Part shown: piece after piece, positions 22,301-36,222 of the stretch
Numbering within the stretch: position 1 is the first letter of the stretch
Layout: every line of letters starts with the position of its first letter
NCBI GenBank assembly: GCA_040285825.1
Contig: JAUPSS010000008.1
Span: forward strand, 248,001 to 312,000
Reading direction: 5' to 3'
DNA from: Eukaryota sp. TZLM1-RC
Lineage: Eukaryota; Protista; Metamonada: BaSk clade
DNA length: 64,000 bases
Notes under the pieces: generated by a model
Database searches by the model: none
Seen by the model: the letters and a program-made list of their open reading frames with translations, nothing else
What the model was told of the DNA's origin: nothing
Made by a program: the position numbers and the translations under genes

Positions 22301-24222
22301 TGCAGTATCCATGGTGCTCTATTGCAATATATGCCAGAATTAATACCATATTTTCAATCAACATATTGCACATATTCTAATTTACATTTTGGTAACAACA
22401 TTTTGATTTCATCAAGTGGCGTAAAGCAAGGAGATCCGTTAGGACCTCTTTTGTTTTGTTTGGCCATTCATCCTATTCTACTGCAAATTCAAGAGATGTT
22501 TCCTTCACTAAAAATGATTGCATATATGGATGATGTTGTGCTTATTGGTGAATTAAATATTGTGGAAAAAGCAACTGTATGTTTTAAAGAATTATTTACC
22601 AAAATTGGTCTCCGACTTAATTTACTTAAATGTGTTTTGTTATCGAATTCTCCAGTTTCCACAATAATTGATGATATTGAAATTCAAGCCAAATTATATT
22701 CAATTGATGCTATTCGTCATTTGGGTTCGTTTTTAGGAAATAATGATGAAATTACCAAAAAATTGTTTGAAAAGTTGAACTCAATTTCTGACAAAATTGA
22801 CCGAATGATGAATTTAGATATAAAAAAACACATCAAATTTACCATTATAAGACTGTGTTTTAGTTCCAATTTTAATCATATATTTCGATCTACAAATCCT
22901 CTCGTCACTAGACCTTTGGCTCAAAAGTTTAATGAGTTACGTGCAAAAGTTCTGTCTCAATTACTGGGATGTAAAATGTTTCAAATTCCAGATCATGCTT
23001 ACCTTAGTCCACAATATGGTGGTTTAGGGTGGACGAAGGCTTCTATTCTTACCTCGTGTGCTTTTTGTTGGTGGATGCAGAAATGCAATCTTTGAGTTCT
23101 CCGAAAGATTTGCAGATTGGGAAGATTTATTGATGACAACGCAAAGTTCCACTGTTTTTGCATTAAATGAAGAAATTTCAAGAATTGATGTAGAAAAATG
23201 GGGTCGATGTTTTCCCCAATCATTCAATGGCAATATTCCAGAAAAAAATGTTTTAAATTTGAAGTACACTCTTCGAACATTACAGAAAAGATTGACTGGA
23301 ATGTATGAAAAAGATCTTTATAATAATATTTGCAGCTCGGCTGTTTTAAATCAAGATCTTCACTCATTGTTATTGGAAAAGGGTGTTTGTGAAAACAAGG
23401 TGTCAGATTCTTCACTTTTTGTAACCATTGTACCACGAAGATTTGGATTGTGTGCTACTAATGAAGCATTTGTAACAAAAATGAGATTATATTTGAACAT
23501 CCCCATTAACCAATTATTATCAAAAGAAAAATGTATTTGTTCGAATTCACCTCAACTCACTTTGCGCCATGCTCTAAATTGCTCTAAATTGATAACTTAT
23601 CGTTCTTCATTACATGATGCTGTTAGAGACACTGTTTTCAATATGGCACAAACTGCAAGGATATCGTGTATCAAAGAGCCCCTGCTGAAAGAAACACTTT
23701 CTCTGAATAATTTTAGTTCTGATGATAGAGGTGATGTATACTGTGATTGGATTGATAATTCTGAAGCTATTGTTGACTTTGTCTCATGTAATGTTGCAAA
23801 CGATACTTTGGTTCACAGAAGAAAACTTAATCCTGTGGCTGCTCTGGATTTTAAAGCAAAAGAAAAACATAGAAAATATGATAAAGAAATTGAAGATGCA
23901 AATATCGATAGAAATACACAGCTGGTTTTTATTGCTTTTCCATTTTCGATAAATGGAAGATTATCAGTTGAAGCAGAAACTTTTTTGGATGACTTCCAAA
24001 AATTGGTGAAAGAAAAAACAATGAAAAGATTTGATATTTTTTTATGGCGTTCACGGATTCAATTTGCCATTATTAATAGATTACCGCGGTTTTTCAATCG
24101 AATTAGAGAAGCTTTAGCTAGACAGCAAGCAAATCAAGATTTTGTAGAGGAAATCTTGGTTTAATGATAGTCGTCCCATTAGTTATGATTTAATTTAATC
24201 AAGTGTGCAAATTCAATAAATT
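22301..24222 (+). mobile_element. 5'-truncated RLE-type non-LTR retrotransposon, family 1 (RT C-half, Zn finger, RLE; one frameshift ~23065)
   Basis: GVKQGDPLGP, AYMDD, CIC..HALNC..HDAVRD and RGD motifs; TSD aataatgcaa(t/c)aa at 22288-22300 and 24223-24235; ends AATAAATT. Confidence 0.93.
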
Positions 24223-25307
24223 AATAATGCAACAATTTCTAAGTATGTAAAACTTGAATAGTCTGCTTGATGTTGCTTCATGTTTGTTTAAAAAACAAGG
24301 TAAGCATGAATTGATTAAGCAAGAGAAGGGCAAGAAAAGACCCAGTCCAGCCTGGAAATAACAATTGTTGGAGGCCATTGTAAATTCCTGGTCTCATAGA
24401 AACGAAGAATTACTCCATTATTTTCTTCAGGATTTTCTTTTGGTTTTCGAGACTATCAACTATGTCTTGACAGCTGATACCCAACCATTATTAATGTAGA
24501 CTTCAATGAAACTTATCACATGTGGTATCAAAAATTTAATTCCCGACTTTTAATTTAATTCCTGACCAAAACCTTCAAACTGTGATTCAAGAAATGGTGA
24601 TTAATATTGACAAAATTGTACGAAAGACTTTTTTATTACTCAAAATGTATTACTCGGATTGCTTTCTCAATTATGGGGAACTAGTCTTGTTTTTCAAGGG
24701 TCTTGTTGAAGGCACTTTATGGGTAATCAAAATAGTTCATGTCAGTGACGAAGGAGTGACACGCATTTTGGGTCATTATGCGACAAATATTCACATGTCT
24801 TACATGGTCAATATTCAACAACATTTCTTCGAGCATTTTTGCCGTTGGTTCAATGTTGCTTTGAATGTCAAAAATAATCTTGTTTCACCAAAAAAACACG
24901 AGATGGTTAAACCTATTTTTCGAAGGTTTGAAAATGAACTAAATAGTATTCAAACTATTGACTTTAACAGTATCATGCGTGAAAAATTTCTGTTTGTTAT
25001 AAGTAATCCACTCAAAAAGTTGTGAAAGATGATGTTGTCCAAGAACTTGAGGATGAACAAGAGGAGTCAAACAAAGAAGTTGAAATATGGAGCTCAATAA
25101 TTTTGGATTTGCAAACTTCTGATGAGGATTCGTTATCAGAGGTTTTATCAATTTCCATCAGGGAAAAAAAAAATCATCAGGAAATTGTGAACACACCGAA
25201 GACGTTAACGACAAATTTCTGTGAAGCACCTTTGAAAAAATTCAAGAGTCACTTTTAAACACCATTCTGAGCATCAATTGTTGGCAAGTTACAAATCAAT
25301 AAATCAT

Positions 25308-28300
25308 TGATGATCTGTGCGGGTTACACATAAGTATACCTTAAAGAAGTAATGTAATTTTATTACAAAGGCAGAAGGGTTTCCTTCGACTTAAGCGCTA
25401 GAGCGCATTTGTACAATAAACTATAATAAACTAATTGGAAGAAGTTAATAAAACTGAAATAACTTCTCCTTTTCGGGCGTCGAAGCCTAATAGGAGTAGG
25501 ATCAATAATATTAGTTCGACGTTTACGACGAGAAGGACGAAAGCGAGTATTAGCTAAAGGCTTGGAGAATTCCTGATAAGCAGAGGTGTTCTGAACAGTC
25601 GAAACCAGCTCAGTGGTAATGTGATTGCCAGGCCACTGGACTTGGCAGTGATCACCATTCTGACTGGGGACTTTCTGAATCACGTGCTCTTTTGCATCGC
25701 CAGCAGCAACCCAGGAGTGAAATTCATCATCTGCGGGTGAGCTTGTGTGCCAAGGTTGTAAATGTTTCACACTGGCTTTGACTACCATATCAGTACAGGT
25801 TCTTCATGTCAACCGTGGACATAAGATGGTGTGTCAATGACTAAGAATGGTCCTTTGTAATTACCATGTAACTTAACTGTGGAAGACAAAGCTCGCTTGA
25901 CCAGTTGACCTGGATAAAAAGGATTGGCTTCGATTTGGGCATCACGAATAGGAGCCTTGGACGCTTGACGGTGCTCTGCTTCCTCCTGTTTCTTCTTCAA
26001 TCTAGCAAGTTTGGATTGAATGTCGTTGATGTAAGTTGACTCAGACGTTGAGCTTTCAAGAGTCTGTATGTATTTGGCGGATATAGCTCTGGGGCTAAAA
26101 TCAGCACCAAACATGAGCTCGTATAATGAGTAACCTGTTACCGAACCCTTAGAAGAGTCGATCAACAATTGTACATATAGGATGTACTCTGACGTCGTAG
26201 GCATTAAAGTCTACGAGCAACTTCCTCAAATTTTGCAAAGTGACGGGGTGACGGCAAGGACGTTGGATTGCGAGAAGTGAGGCACGGACTTGGAGACCTC
26301 TATACCCAAAAATTCACATAGAGCGTCGAAGACAGCTTTAGCTAACTCAGGACCGTTATCACTATGAACCAGGAACGGGATCCCAAAAATTGCACAAAGC
26401 TTTCATGTCATCGCGTCGGCGGTAAGGTTTGCGTTTAGTTCTTTCAGAGGGACTATAATAGTGAACCTCGTGTTGCTGTCTACGAACACGAGAATGTATT
26501 TGTGGCCATCTTGGTCATCTGGGAGAGGACCAATGACGTCGACGTTCACTCTAGCGAATGGTCTGTCAGCCCACAAGGAACCAGTTGTGGGAACATACAG
26601 TTTGGGGACCGCTGCTGTCTTCGGACAGGAGGGACATTCTATTACGTTCCTAGTCATGTCTGAGAGCATGTCAGGCCACCAGTAGTCGCTGTTCTTGAGT
26701 CTGAGGGAACTTTCTGCCATATTAGGGTGGCCACCTTGCGAAGCTCCATGTAAAAAATTAAGCGTATCCTTAACCAGTGATTGAGGATTCACGATCTTGT
26801 GCTGTAGAGTTAGATAAAGATTTAGACAGCTATCCACGAGGTGTCCTGTTTAGCAAAAGTTCGCTTTTGCTCGGACCTAAGCTTGTATTTCTCCATAATC
26901 ATTGGTAACTTCGGGTCTCCAAAAGGGAGGAAGTTCAGCAATCAATATATTTGCGGGGGCAGAAGCAGGAACTCCTTCCGTGATTTCCACTCCCATGTTG
27001 ATATATTGACGTTGGATGTCAGACATAAGTTCAAATTATACGCTCAGAAAGAGGAATGGAGGAAGTCTGTTGGTCTTGCTGAGGTGTCTGACCAAAGATT
27101 GGAAAAGGTACCATGACTGAAACTTCCGAAGAAGGAGCAGGTACGTTTGGACTTGATTGGTTTACTGAAGAAGAATTCTCCACAGCAGAAACTTCCGATG
27201 AAAAACGCTGGAGTGTTTGGTATGGGAGCAGCACTTCAGAAGAAGAAGGGAGTCTCTACCATATGCTGAGTAGTTTGCTGAAAATCTTCTTCCAGGTACT
27301 TCCAAAGAAAAGGTAGAAGGCAGTTGTTGTGTTTTTCTAGAAATTTCCGAAGGAGGAGTTTGAGTTTCTTCCTCAGGAATTTCCGAAGAAGGAGTGGTAG
27401 ACACAATTGAAAGCGTAAACTATGGGAGAAGAGGGGGCTCTACGAGCTTACCCTTAAACAAGTCAGAAAACCTGGTACTGGCTGAGTCAGGGTCAGTCTC
27501 CTCTATAATGTACTTCAAATTTTTATCTAAAGTATCAAAATGTTGGGACCCTTTCATGCTTTTATCGGTTGCTCATTCTTTCCCTCAGATTTCGGGGGAG
27601 GAAAGAAAGAAGCTAAAGAATCAAGGTCCTAGTCAGGGAGAACAGGAATATTGATATGAACTACAGGAACATCCGAAGATGGTGTAATTTCCCGATCCTG
27701 TGGGTGAGAGGAAGTAAAACTTCTTTCGCCAGCAGAGGGTAGTTCTGTTTCCAACAAAGGAGTTTGGGAGAGAGAACTCGTTAAACTGGGTGACGTGACG
27801 GTATTTCCAAAAGGGGCGTCAGCGTAGAAGAAGAGAAAGTATAACTTTCCTCGGTCCCAGTTGAAGAGGCGTGTTCTGTTCCCGACTGAGGAGTTTGGGA
27901 GGAAGAACTCGTTAAATTGGGTGACGTGACGGTATTTCCAGAAGGGGGCGTCAGCGTAGAAGAAGAAGAAGTATAACTTTCCTCGGTCCCAGTTGAAGAG
28001 GGGTGTTCTGTTCCCGACTGAGGAGTTTGGGAGGAAGAACTCGTTAAACTGGGTGACGTGACGGTATTTCCAGAAGGGGGCGTCAGCGTAGAAAAAGAAT
28101 AAGTATAACTTTCCTCGGTCCCAGTTGAAGGGGGTGTTCTGTTCCCGACTGAGGAGTTTGGGAGAAAGAACTTTAGGTTTGAGCTGGAGGAGGATCAGTC
28201 CTATCAGACTCGGATGCGTCTTTGGAATTCACCGAAATGGATCCAATAGCTATTGATTATCTGTGCGGGGTAAACATAAGTATACCTCAAAGAAGTAATG

Positions 28301-28422
28301 TAATTTTATTACGAAGGCAGAGGGGTTTCCTTCGACTTAAGCGCCAGAGCGCAATTGTACAATAAACTATAATAAACTATATACAATGAAACTATAAACA
28401 TAAATATTATCCAAGGCTAACA
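25308..28422 (-). mobile_element. Internally deleted Gypsy/chromovirus LTR retrotransposon (integrase + chromodomain; no RT/RNaseH seen)
   Basis: LTRs at 25308-~25460 and 28254-28422; 4-bp TSD TCAT; integrase LH..GH..YWWPDM..CPSC, VNVDVIGPLP and VHSDNGPE, GPF motif; chromodomain-like C-terminus; PPT ~25462-25475. Confidence 0.92.
27742..28170 (-). repeat. ~132-bp tandem repeat (3+ copies) encoding a Ser/Thr/Pro-rich 44-aa unit inside the LTR element
   Basis: gttctgtt.c unit starts at 27742, 27873, 28005 and 28136. Confidence 0.92.
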
Positions 28423-30390
28423 TCATTGTTCATTCATGATCAAAAACTTGATGAGAAGATTTAGACTGCAACAGAATGCAATACTGTAAATGATATGCTC
28501 CAGCAAATGAATTTCCATTTGACCACCCCAAAATCCAAGTAAAAAACAAAAAAAGCCTAACTTACCTAATATATTCTATGATATACAAGTGAGTTGGGAA
28601 ATATTTCTTAAAAGATCTTTTATACTAATCGCGGACGTCAGTCCTATTTAAGACTAGAGATTTAATCTTAAGAATTAATTAAAAAAGTTGAAGGGGTAAA
28701 ACCAATCCTTTATTCATTTACAACGTTTTTTCTATCAGAACATTACTTTCTCCAGCGTATATCCGGATTGAAACCAGAAGTATGCAAATTTTTATTAATC
28801 AATCAAGAAAACTGTCGGGATAATCCACCTTACTCCCCATCACAGAGTTTGATGAAACTCAACAAAGTGATGATCAAACGATTGACATTGATGAAAAAAT
28901 TTTAAAACAAGGAAAGGGGTATTCAAAAATACTAATGATTACTTTTTTGCTGGCAGTATTCTGACAGATGGAGTTTCTGTTCCACACATGTGCAATAACC
29001 TGAAAAAATGTAAAGACAAACAAAAAGAAAGGGATGAATTATATATTCATGACATTTGTGAGAACGAACTGAATTCATTAAAAGGTAAGGTCATTGCTGG
29101 AATAGACCCAAACGAAAATGATACCAAACTATCATCATTATCAGAAACTCCGAATCCAAAGCAAATTCCTGACCAACTCAGTCAACCATATGCTGCTGAG
29201 ATGAGTAAAGTTGAGTCCAAAGGAATCAATATTACTGAAACAGATAGAACAAATTAGAAAAGTTCAAGAAGATGTGGAAAAAATAAGGAAAAAATAGAAA
29301 AAATAGAAAAGAAAAAAGAGACAAACTAATTAATGATTCTTACATTGCTGGTAGACGAAACATTGAACTTCAAACAGAGAAGTTTAGAGAAACGGAAACA
29401 AACTACTTGAACTCGATCATTTTTAGGATTAAGAGCAGTGAAAACTCTTCCAAAACTGCAGTTATAAAAAGAATCAACGGTGAAGAGGAAATCATTAAAT
29501 CTCTTCCCGATTTCACCAAGAATTTAATTTACCATCTAGGCAATCCGAGGTGTCAGTACAAGAAATACCTGCTAAATTAGCAGAATATTCCAGAAAAATC
29601 TTTGAATCTGCAGCAATTTAAGGAGTACATTAACATGAAATTACTCCACGATGAATTGCCCTGTCCAATTTACCAAGATCCTCTCTTTAGGCGCTATACA
29701 AATATATATATAAACAAAAGAGTAAGGCTGCCTGGGTTAACCGATTAAAAGCAAAGTTGAAGGCAGATGCTCACGATATTGTAAATGGCTTTGGTGATTG
29801 GGACGCTAAGACCATTCGTAAAGGTAAAGCCAGCACAATCAGAGGTGTTGGGATAAGAAGAATTCTGAGAAAAGCTGGTATAAAAGTTTACTTGGTAGAC
29901 GAGTATCGTACCAGTAAGAGATGTGCTGCTTGTGTTGAGGATCTTTGCGAAGGAGATACCAAATGCGATGTAAAGGTCAAAGATCCAAATGCCTATAAAA
30001 GATTCAAACGTAAGAAGAAGAGGTTAAAGAATGACTTGTGAGTGGCTAAAAAACAGTATCATGAAGTTGATTCTATTCAAAATCTTGAAAACAAAATTCG
30101 TGAGCTTTAACAAAATTGGATTCTAAAAGGGATGATGTCAAACTAGTCCCATGCCATGGACTGGTGTACTGTCAAAACAGTGAATGTGGCGTCTATTGAA
30201 ATAGGGATCTTAGCAGTGCTCTAAACATGTACAGGATTACGTACTCTCATATTCATGATAATTGTAGACCAATGGTACTGCAACGATCAGTGAGTGTGGG
30301 AAAGAATGTTCAGAGTATTAGTATTAAGATATGTTAGCATGGATAGAAAAATGCATTTTTTGAGTTACAACAGACTATTGTTTCACCTAT

Positions 30391-31338
30391 ATGCTAAACT
30401 TCTCTCCTCTAGCAACATGGACACCACATACCAAGGGTGTAACTTGTACAAAATTTGATCAAAAAAATGCTCTTATTGCATCTTCTTCGGCTGATTCTTC
30501 CATAATTATTTCAAACATCACCACATTGGATTCCCCTTCAACTTCTTCACCTTTACTAGCAACTGACTTATCTGTTGAACATCCTCGTGATTTTGGTGTT
30601 AATTCAGTAGATTTCAGTCCATATGACAGTAGGTTTCTTGTTTCTGGAGGCGATGATGCCATGGTGAGGATATGGGATATTGAAAAGCAATCCCATATCA
30701 GGGCATTAGAAGGACATGAATCGTGGGTTCTTTCAGTTTCATTTTCTCCAACTGGAACCCTTATATTATCCACTTCAGCTGATGAGTCTATTCGACTATG
30801 GGATGCTCGAACTTCAAAACCAGTCAAAGTCTTGAGGGGTCATGTTTCTGCCATCGGTACTGCTAGTTTCAGTAATGATGGTAGTCTTATAGCTAGCGGG
30901 GCTGGTGATGGTCTCATCAGAATCTGGGATGTTTTGTCTGGTAATTGTCTTCAAGCATGCATGTACGAAGCTTGTCCACCAGTCTCAAGCGTTTCTTTGT
31001 CAACTAACAAGGCTTATGTTCTGGGCTCTTTCTTGGACAGTTCAATAAGGTTGGTGTCCATAAAGGATAATACTGTAGCACTTACTTACAATGGTCATGT
31101 CAATGATTCTTATCTTTTACATTCTCAATTTTATTCATACAAGCAAGCAGATGATATGGTGTTGTCTGGCTCAGAAGATGGTCGTCTGGTTGGGTGGAAT
31201 TCAAAAACTGGTGACAAAATGGCTGATCTTGGTGTTTATGAAGGTCCCTTGAGTTGGTTTGATTGTAGTTTTGATTCAAAGTTGGTTGTTGCCAGTAGTA
31301 TAGCCAGCGGGGTGTTGAAGCTATATTCAGTGGAATAA
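30391..31338 (+). CDS. WDR5: WD40 protein, WDR5/Swd3-like COMPASS subunit
   Basis: Seven WD repeats; LDSSIRL..YNGHVN and VLSGSEDG resemble WDR5. Confidence 0.75.
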   Translation: MLNFSPLATWTPHTKGVTCTKFDQKNALIASSSADSSIIISNITTLDSPSTSSPLLATDLSVEHPRDFGVNSVDFSPYDSRFLVSGGDDAMVRIWDIEKQSHIRALEGHESWVLSVSFSPTGTLILSTSADESIRLWDARTSKPVKVLRGHVSAIGTASFSNDGSLIASGAGDGLIRIWDVLSGNCLQACMYEACPPVSSVSLSTNKAYVLGSFLDSSIRLVSIKDNTVALTYNGHVNDSYLLHSQFYSYKQADDMVLSGSEDGRLVGWNSKTGDKMADLGVYEGPLSWFDCSFDSKLVVASSIASGVLKLYSVE

Positions 31339-31599
31339 ATTAAATTAGTGGTGTGTTTTTGACATGTTAATAAAATGAAAACAAGTTTTTGGGAGATTGA
31401 GACCTTTGATTTAACAGATAAGGGAAGAATTTTTAAAACCTCTATCAACAAAGAATGTAACAGTACCCGACGATGACAGATTCAGAGTCACTACACGGTA
31501 ACTTTTTTTGGTTATCTTCCTGAATAAGGTGATCTGGTCCATTATTTCACCTGTTTTTCTTGTGAAATTCATCATGGTAACAAAGTAAAAATGAAATTT

Positions 31600-32522
31600 C
31601 AACAAGCAAATGGAGGTAGATTAAACTTCTATTATTTGTCAATCTTTTACAAGGTACAGTTGATAATACGTCTTCTACTTGACTAGCAACAAACAATGCT
31701 TTCTGTAAGAACCATAGAGATGATGTTATATTACCAAGATTAGATGGAGCCTTTTTCTTAGTGAATTTCTGTTGACCCTTGTAATGCCTCAATGAAAGGT
31801 TAATTAAGTCTGAAATTCATCTTGAAATCCTCTTTCAACTACTGGAATATTCAAGATCAAAAATATAATTAACCTTTATCCAAATTGTGGAACCCAATGA
31901 CATGCAAAATACAATTTGTATCCATTTGTATTTGGTTTATTTGGTTCATTTGATCCTACTAGAATTATTATTTGCTAACAATTGATACATATGTTTATTA
32001 AGTCAAAAAATCACATTCTCAATGAGTTGAAAATAAAGCAAATATTTTGTTCTGCTTGATAGACTTATGTGTTGGCATTTTATTCAGAAAAGGGCAAAGT
32101 TTTATTTAAACTTGATTTCAGAAATTATTCATTATTTCTCTCATCATCCTTTTCTGGTCATTATTATATTTTTTAACAACTATGATAGTCAATGACACAC
32201 AATTATCCTCGTTCTGCTGAAATGTATTTACTGATAGTTTTGCATTTTCATTGAGATAGTTGGAATATTGAGAACATTTTGAGGATATTGCCTTGTGTTC
32301 CTTGGAAAAATTTGACTTGTCTGATATAAAAAAGATCAATAGACAATTTAAAAGACCATTTTGGCAGAATGGAATTACGCTTCCTATTTATAAAGGTATA
32401 TTGAAGATGGTTCATAATTCACTGCTCTTTCTCGCATTCGACTATGACAAAGTAACACTTAGTTGCTTTGTTTTGGAAGAGGTAGATTATTTTGATGTTG
32501 ATTTATTTATGATTTAATAAAT
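31600..32522 (+). mobile_element. Degenerate 3' fragment of RLE retrotransposon family 2 with a ~330-bp insertion
   Basis: Similar to the 3' part of the 45767-47669 element (DVILP.LDG, SVDPCNAS, YPFVF, FWQN.I..IYKGILKMV). Confidence 0.75.
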
Positions 32523-32549
32523 ATATTTAAGTTTTTTTTAAAACTGGAA

Positions 32550-35500
32550 TATTTATTGAGATAAAAAACCCATGTAGAATTCAATATCCTCCAAACAAGC
32601 GTCACTATTACTGAACCTACTCACAGCATTACGTTCATATTCTACACCAATAGCTAAAAGTGCCTTTGAAAAAATTGTTGGAATAGACTTGAAAATGCAA
32701 AAAACAATTCTATTTAACCAGGAAGTGGAATTCATAGTTTTACTAGACCCATTTAGTAACACTTTTTTTTGAAAATTTCAAAAAAGTGCAACCCTGAGGG
32801 TCCAATATTGCCAAAAAGAGAAATTGCAAACGGCACAAACTGATATTTCACATGTTCCACTCTACCTCACTCTGCCAAAGGTTCTTCATATTTTTATCAT
32901 CTTTTTTTCCGGCGTTAGATAACGGCGAATCAGCGGAATACATTAAACGAGCAGCAGAATTTTTGCAAACATCAACTGAGATAACATCTACAACATTGAG
33001 AACACCATCGATCCCTGGAGCTACTAAATCTGCCCTTCTTTTACCAAAGGAATCATCAGTTTGATCGGAAGACAGCTTACGTACTAATGGCTCAATAAAT
33101 GCCTCTATATTGAAACTTTTGCACATGGCATATAATTGATCACGAACTGAGTCATGAACAATTGAGCGATAAGTTATAAAATACTTACAGTTTAAAATAT
33201 GGGAAAGCGTAACAACACTCTTGCAGCGACAAATTAAATCATTTGGTAATGAACAAGGCCATAGAAAACATCTCATTCTCATTGCAGTGGTCCATTGGTG
33301 ATCATTAAGTAGAAGGCCATAAATGTTGGGAATTTGGGAGATTAGGCAACTTGAGCAACTGTCTTCAAGATCAATCAAAAAGTTTGCAAAAACGGGATTT
33401 TTTTCCTTAGCCAAGCTAAGACGTACAATATAATCCAAGTTTTCCAAAACTTTCAAGATTTTTTTCTGCAATTTTGCAAAAGTCAGTGGTAAGGAGACCA
33501 AGCTTCTTGAAGGAAGTTCCACAATATCAGAGGGGAAACATTTAGCCCAAATATTGGGTGAAAGAGTTTCAATTCCTGTTGCAAGGAAATAAGATAAGAG
33601 CTGTCACAATTTTCAATGAGATGAATTTTTTCAGGAAAACGATTCACAAATTCATAAATAAAATTCTTTCCACCTCCAATAAAGGCAGCTTTACAAAGGT
33701 AGCTTGATTTATGAAAATCAACACCACCAAAATTTGTACCACAAAAAATGTGGCTTCGTAACTGAGATGCATCAATTTCCAATAATTTTGCTAAAAAATT
33801 TGTTCTTTGTTCATTAAAAATGCGACAAAACTCCAAAGAAATTGATGGTGATGTTGATCTCAAAATATGAGTAAATTTTCCAGAATAATAGATTTTTAGG
33901 AAAAAGAATTTCAAATGTTTCTCAATATTTAAATTTTCTATTGATTCTAATTCATTTCCAAATTGAGTCAACAGAGTCGAAAGTTGGCCTTTGACTTCAT
34001 CAATATTTCCGAGATAACAATCCAAAAAACGAAAACCAGACTGATCATAATTGATAAAGGGGATATTGACATCATTAATGAAAAAATAAATTGGTTCATG
34101 GCCAATAATCAAACATTTGGAGATATTCAATGAGAGACGAATATCTTCATAACGCTGTTGAATAAAAGTTGCTATTTGTTTCAGAATTGTAATAGGAGCA
34201 ATTACAGAAATGTCATCCATATATGCTACAATATCTATTTCTGGGAATTTTTCTTTCAATTCGCACATTAATGGATGAATTGCCAGACAAACGAAAAAGG
34301 ACCAAGTGGATCACCTTCTTTAACACCTGAAGACGAAAGCAGGTCAAAGTTTTCATAGACCAATGTGGAGGAGTTTCCATAAAGTGAATAGAAAAAAGGC
34401 TCAACTTCAGGAAAATGCTTTCGCAGCAAAGGAAAAATGGATGAACGAGATACAGAATTGAAAGCATTCTTAAAATCTAAATTGAAGATGTAATTAGAAT
34501 CACTAGAATTAAAAAACACATCCGACAAAAGAGCAGCAGAAGAAGCACCATCAATTGTCTTGATTCCAAATTGAAATGGACTGAAAAATTCCTTGGCTTT
34601 TTTCCCAATTCTATTGAAAACAAGAGACGCAAGAATTCTTGAAAACGATTCTCCAATTGCAATTGGACGGATTTTGGATTGACTTTTTTTGAGAGCAATT
34701 AAGCGAGCATTGGTCATCTCAAAAGGGACTTTAATTTTTAACGTAAGAAGATTGTTGAAAAAAAGAACAAGATCATCAGCAATTTCAGGACACTGTCCAA
34801 CAGCTGATTTGATCATGTCAAAATTCAACAAAGATGGCCCAGGAGCTTTTCCAGTAAGCATTTGCTGAATCAGTTTCAATACCTCTGAAGCATTGACAGG
34901 ATTTTGCAGCCAATAATCAACTGAATCTGGTTTAGTACAATGAAAATTTTCTTCTGGATGAAGATGATTCAATTGGAACAATGTGCTTTCATTACATTCA
35001 GCTAAATCAAAAGAGAATAGACATTGTTTTGCAGATCCAAAACGTCCTTTTAAAGCTAATTTTCTCACAAATTTTTTTTCGAAAAAACATTTTTTTTAAA
35101 ATTTGTTTTTTTCGATAAAAGTTTTTTTTCTTTTTTCAGAAAAAATTTCCAAATAGGCGTAACATCCCATAATCCTTTACGGAGATTTTCAGTAAAAGCA
35201 CGAAGAACAACAGCAAAAGGTATCGAAGCCAACGGACTAAGCTGAGCAGGAACACGAATGGGACAACGTAGCTGATCAGCAGCAACACAAGAATCACAAA
35301 AAAGTAAAGGTCGACCAGTATCTTTGACAGCAACAAGCTTTCGACAAAAAACACATTTTTTTTTCATCTTTTTGATCTTCTTTGTTAGAAGTGTTATCGG
35401 GAATCTCACTTAAAAATTCATTTTCATGATTGTGTGATAACGAAAAATTTAAATCAGCAGTTGCAGCACGAGCATTAAGTTTTTCCTTTTGAATAAGCGG

Positions 35501-35800
35501 ACAAGTTGCAATGTTATGTCCGAATTTTCGACATCTACTACATTTGCGGCGTGATTTAGAAAAATTTTCATTTAAATTTTTTTCCAATGATTTTCCAGCA
35601 TGGAGTGACAGGTGAGGAGAATGAGAACGATTGGTGGTTGAGGAAGTTGGTTTGACAATCACGTTCGGTACTTTTTGCAGTCCAGTCAGTATCACTGAGA
35701 GTGTCTGACATGGAGACTGGAGGAATTCAATCGAACCGACAATAGGACGTCAAGTTGAGAAAAAGGAGGACGTTGAAAGTGAGTGAGAAACAAAACTTGA
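32550..35800 (-). mobile_element. Near full-length degenerate RLE-type non-LTR retrotransposon, family 3
   Basis: N-terminal CSRCRKFGHNIATC knuckle; KAPGPS, IRPIAIGE, LDFKNAFNSVSR, GVKEGDPLG, AYMDD, HDSVRD and RRAD; ATG ~35712; several frameshifts. Confidence 0.9.
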
Positions 35801-36222
35801 AAAAATATATTTAAGTTAGTAAAATAATATAAACCAAGAAATGCAAATCTCCTGAGAAAATCTCCTTCAACCTTGTTCTACATCAAGATGAACAAAAATT
35901 TTGTTCCATTTTCAGGTTCAATTTCAATTACTATTGACAATGCAAGATTTTGATTGTCAACGATTAAGGAAAAAGTCTCAGAAGGGGTGGTCATATGTGT
36001 ATTTGAATTGCTTTCACGGAAGAATAGAATGATATTTTCGTTATGTAAAACTACCCTCGTTATCTCAACATTAATTGAATAGTATTACTGAATATAATCA
36101 CAAGTCAGTTATCAATAGATTAAATGACGAGAATCTCACAGAATTTGATTGATGGCGTAGTATTTTAGGTTTGTATCTAAAGTCATCCATGAAAATGTTC
36201 CTGAAATAAACTGTATTTCAAC

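Larger units (their letters stand above)
24560..30290 (+). pseudogene. Near full-length Fanzor1 pseudogene interrupted by an LTR retrotransposon
   Basis: N-terminal IQEMVINIDKIV...NIQQHFFEH. After the insertion: NVFSIRTLLSPAYIRIET, GSILTDGVSV, VIAGIDPN (RuvC-I), GFGDW, LVDEYRTSKRCAAC, CHGLVYCQNSEC and NRDLSSALNM..RP; many frameshifts and stops. Confidence 0.88.

Noticed and set aside
19130-24222. Large inverted repeat as a single foldback element
   Set aside because: The arms are diverged independent retrotransposon copies, and the right one has its own TSD.
27742-28170. Possible CRISPR-like array
   Set aside because: Whole ~132-bp units repeat with no unique spacers; it is a coding tandem repeat inside an LTR element.
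35065-35150. A/T homopolymer-rich stretch inside the family-3 retrotransposon
   Set aside because: Likely decay or poor consensus; no supportable feature.
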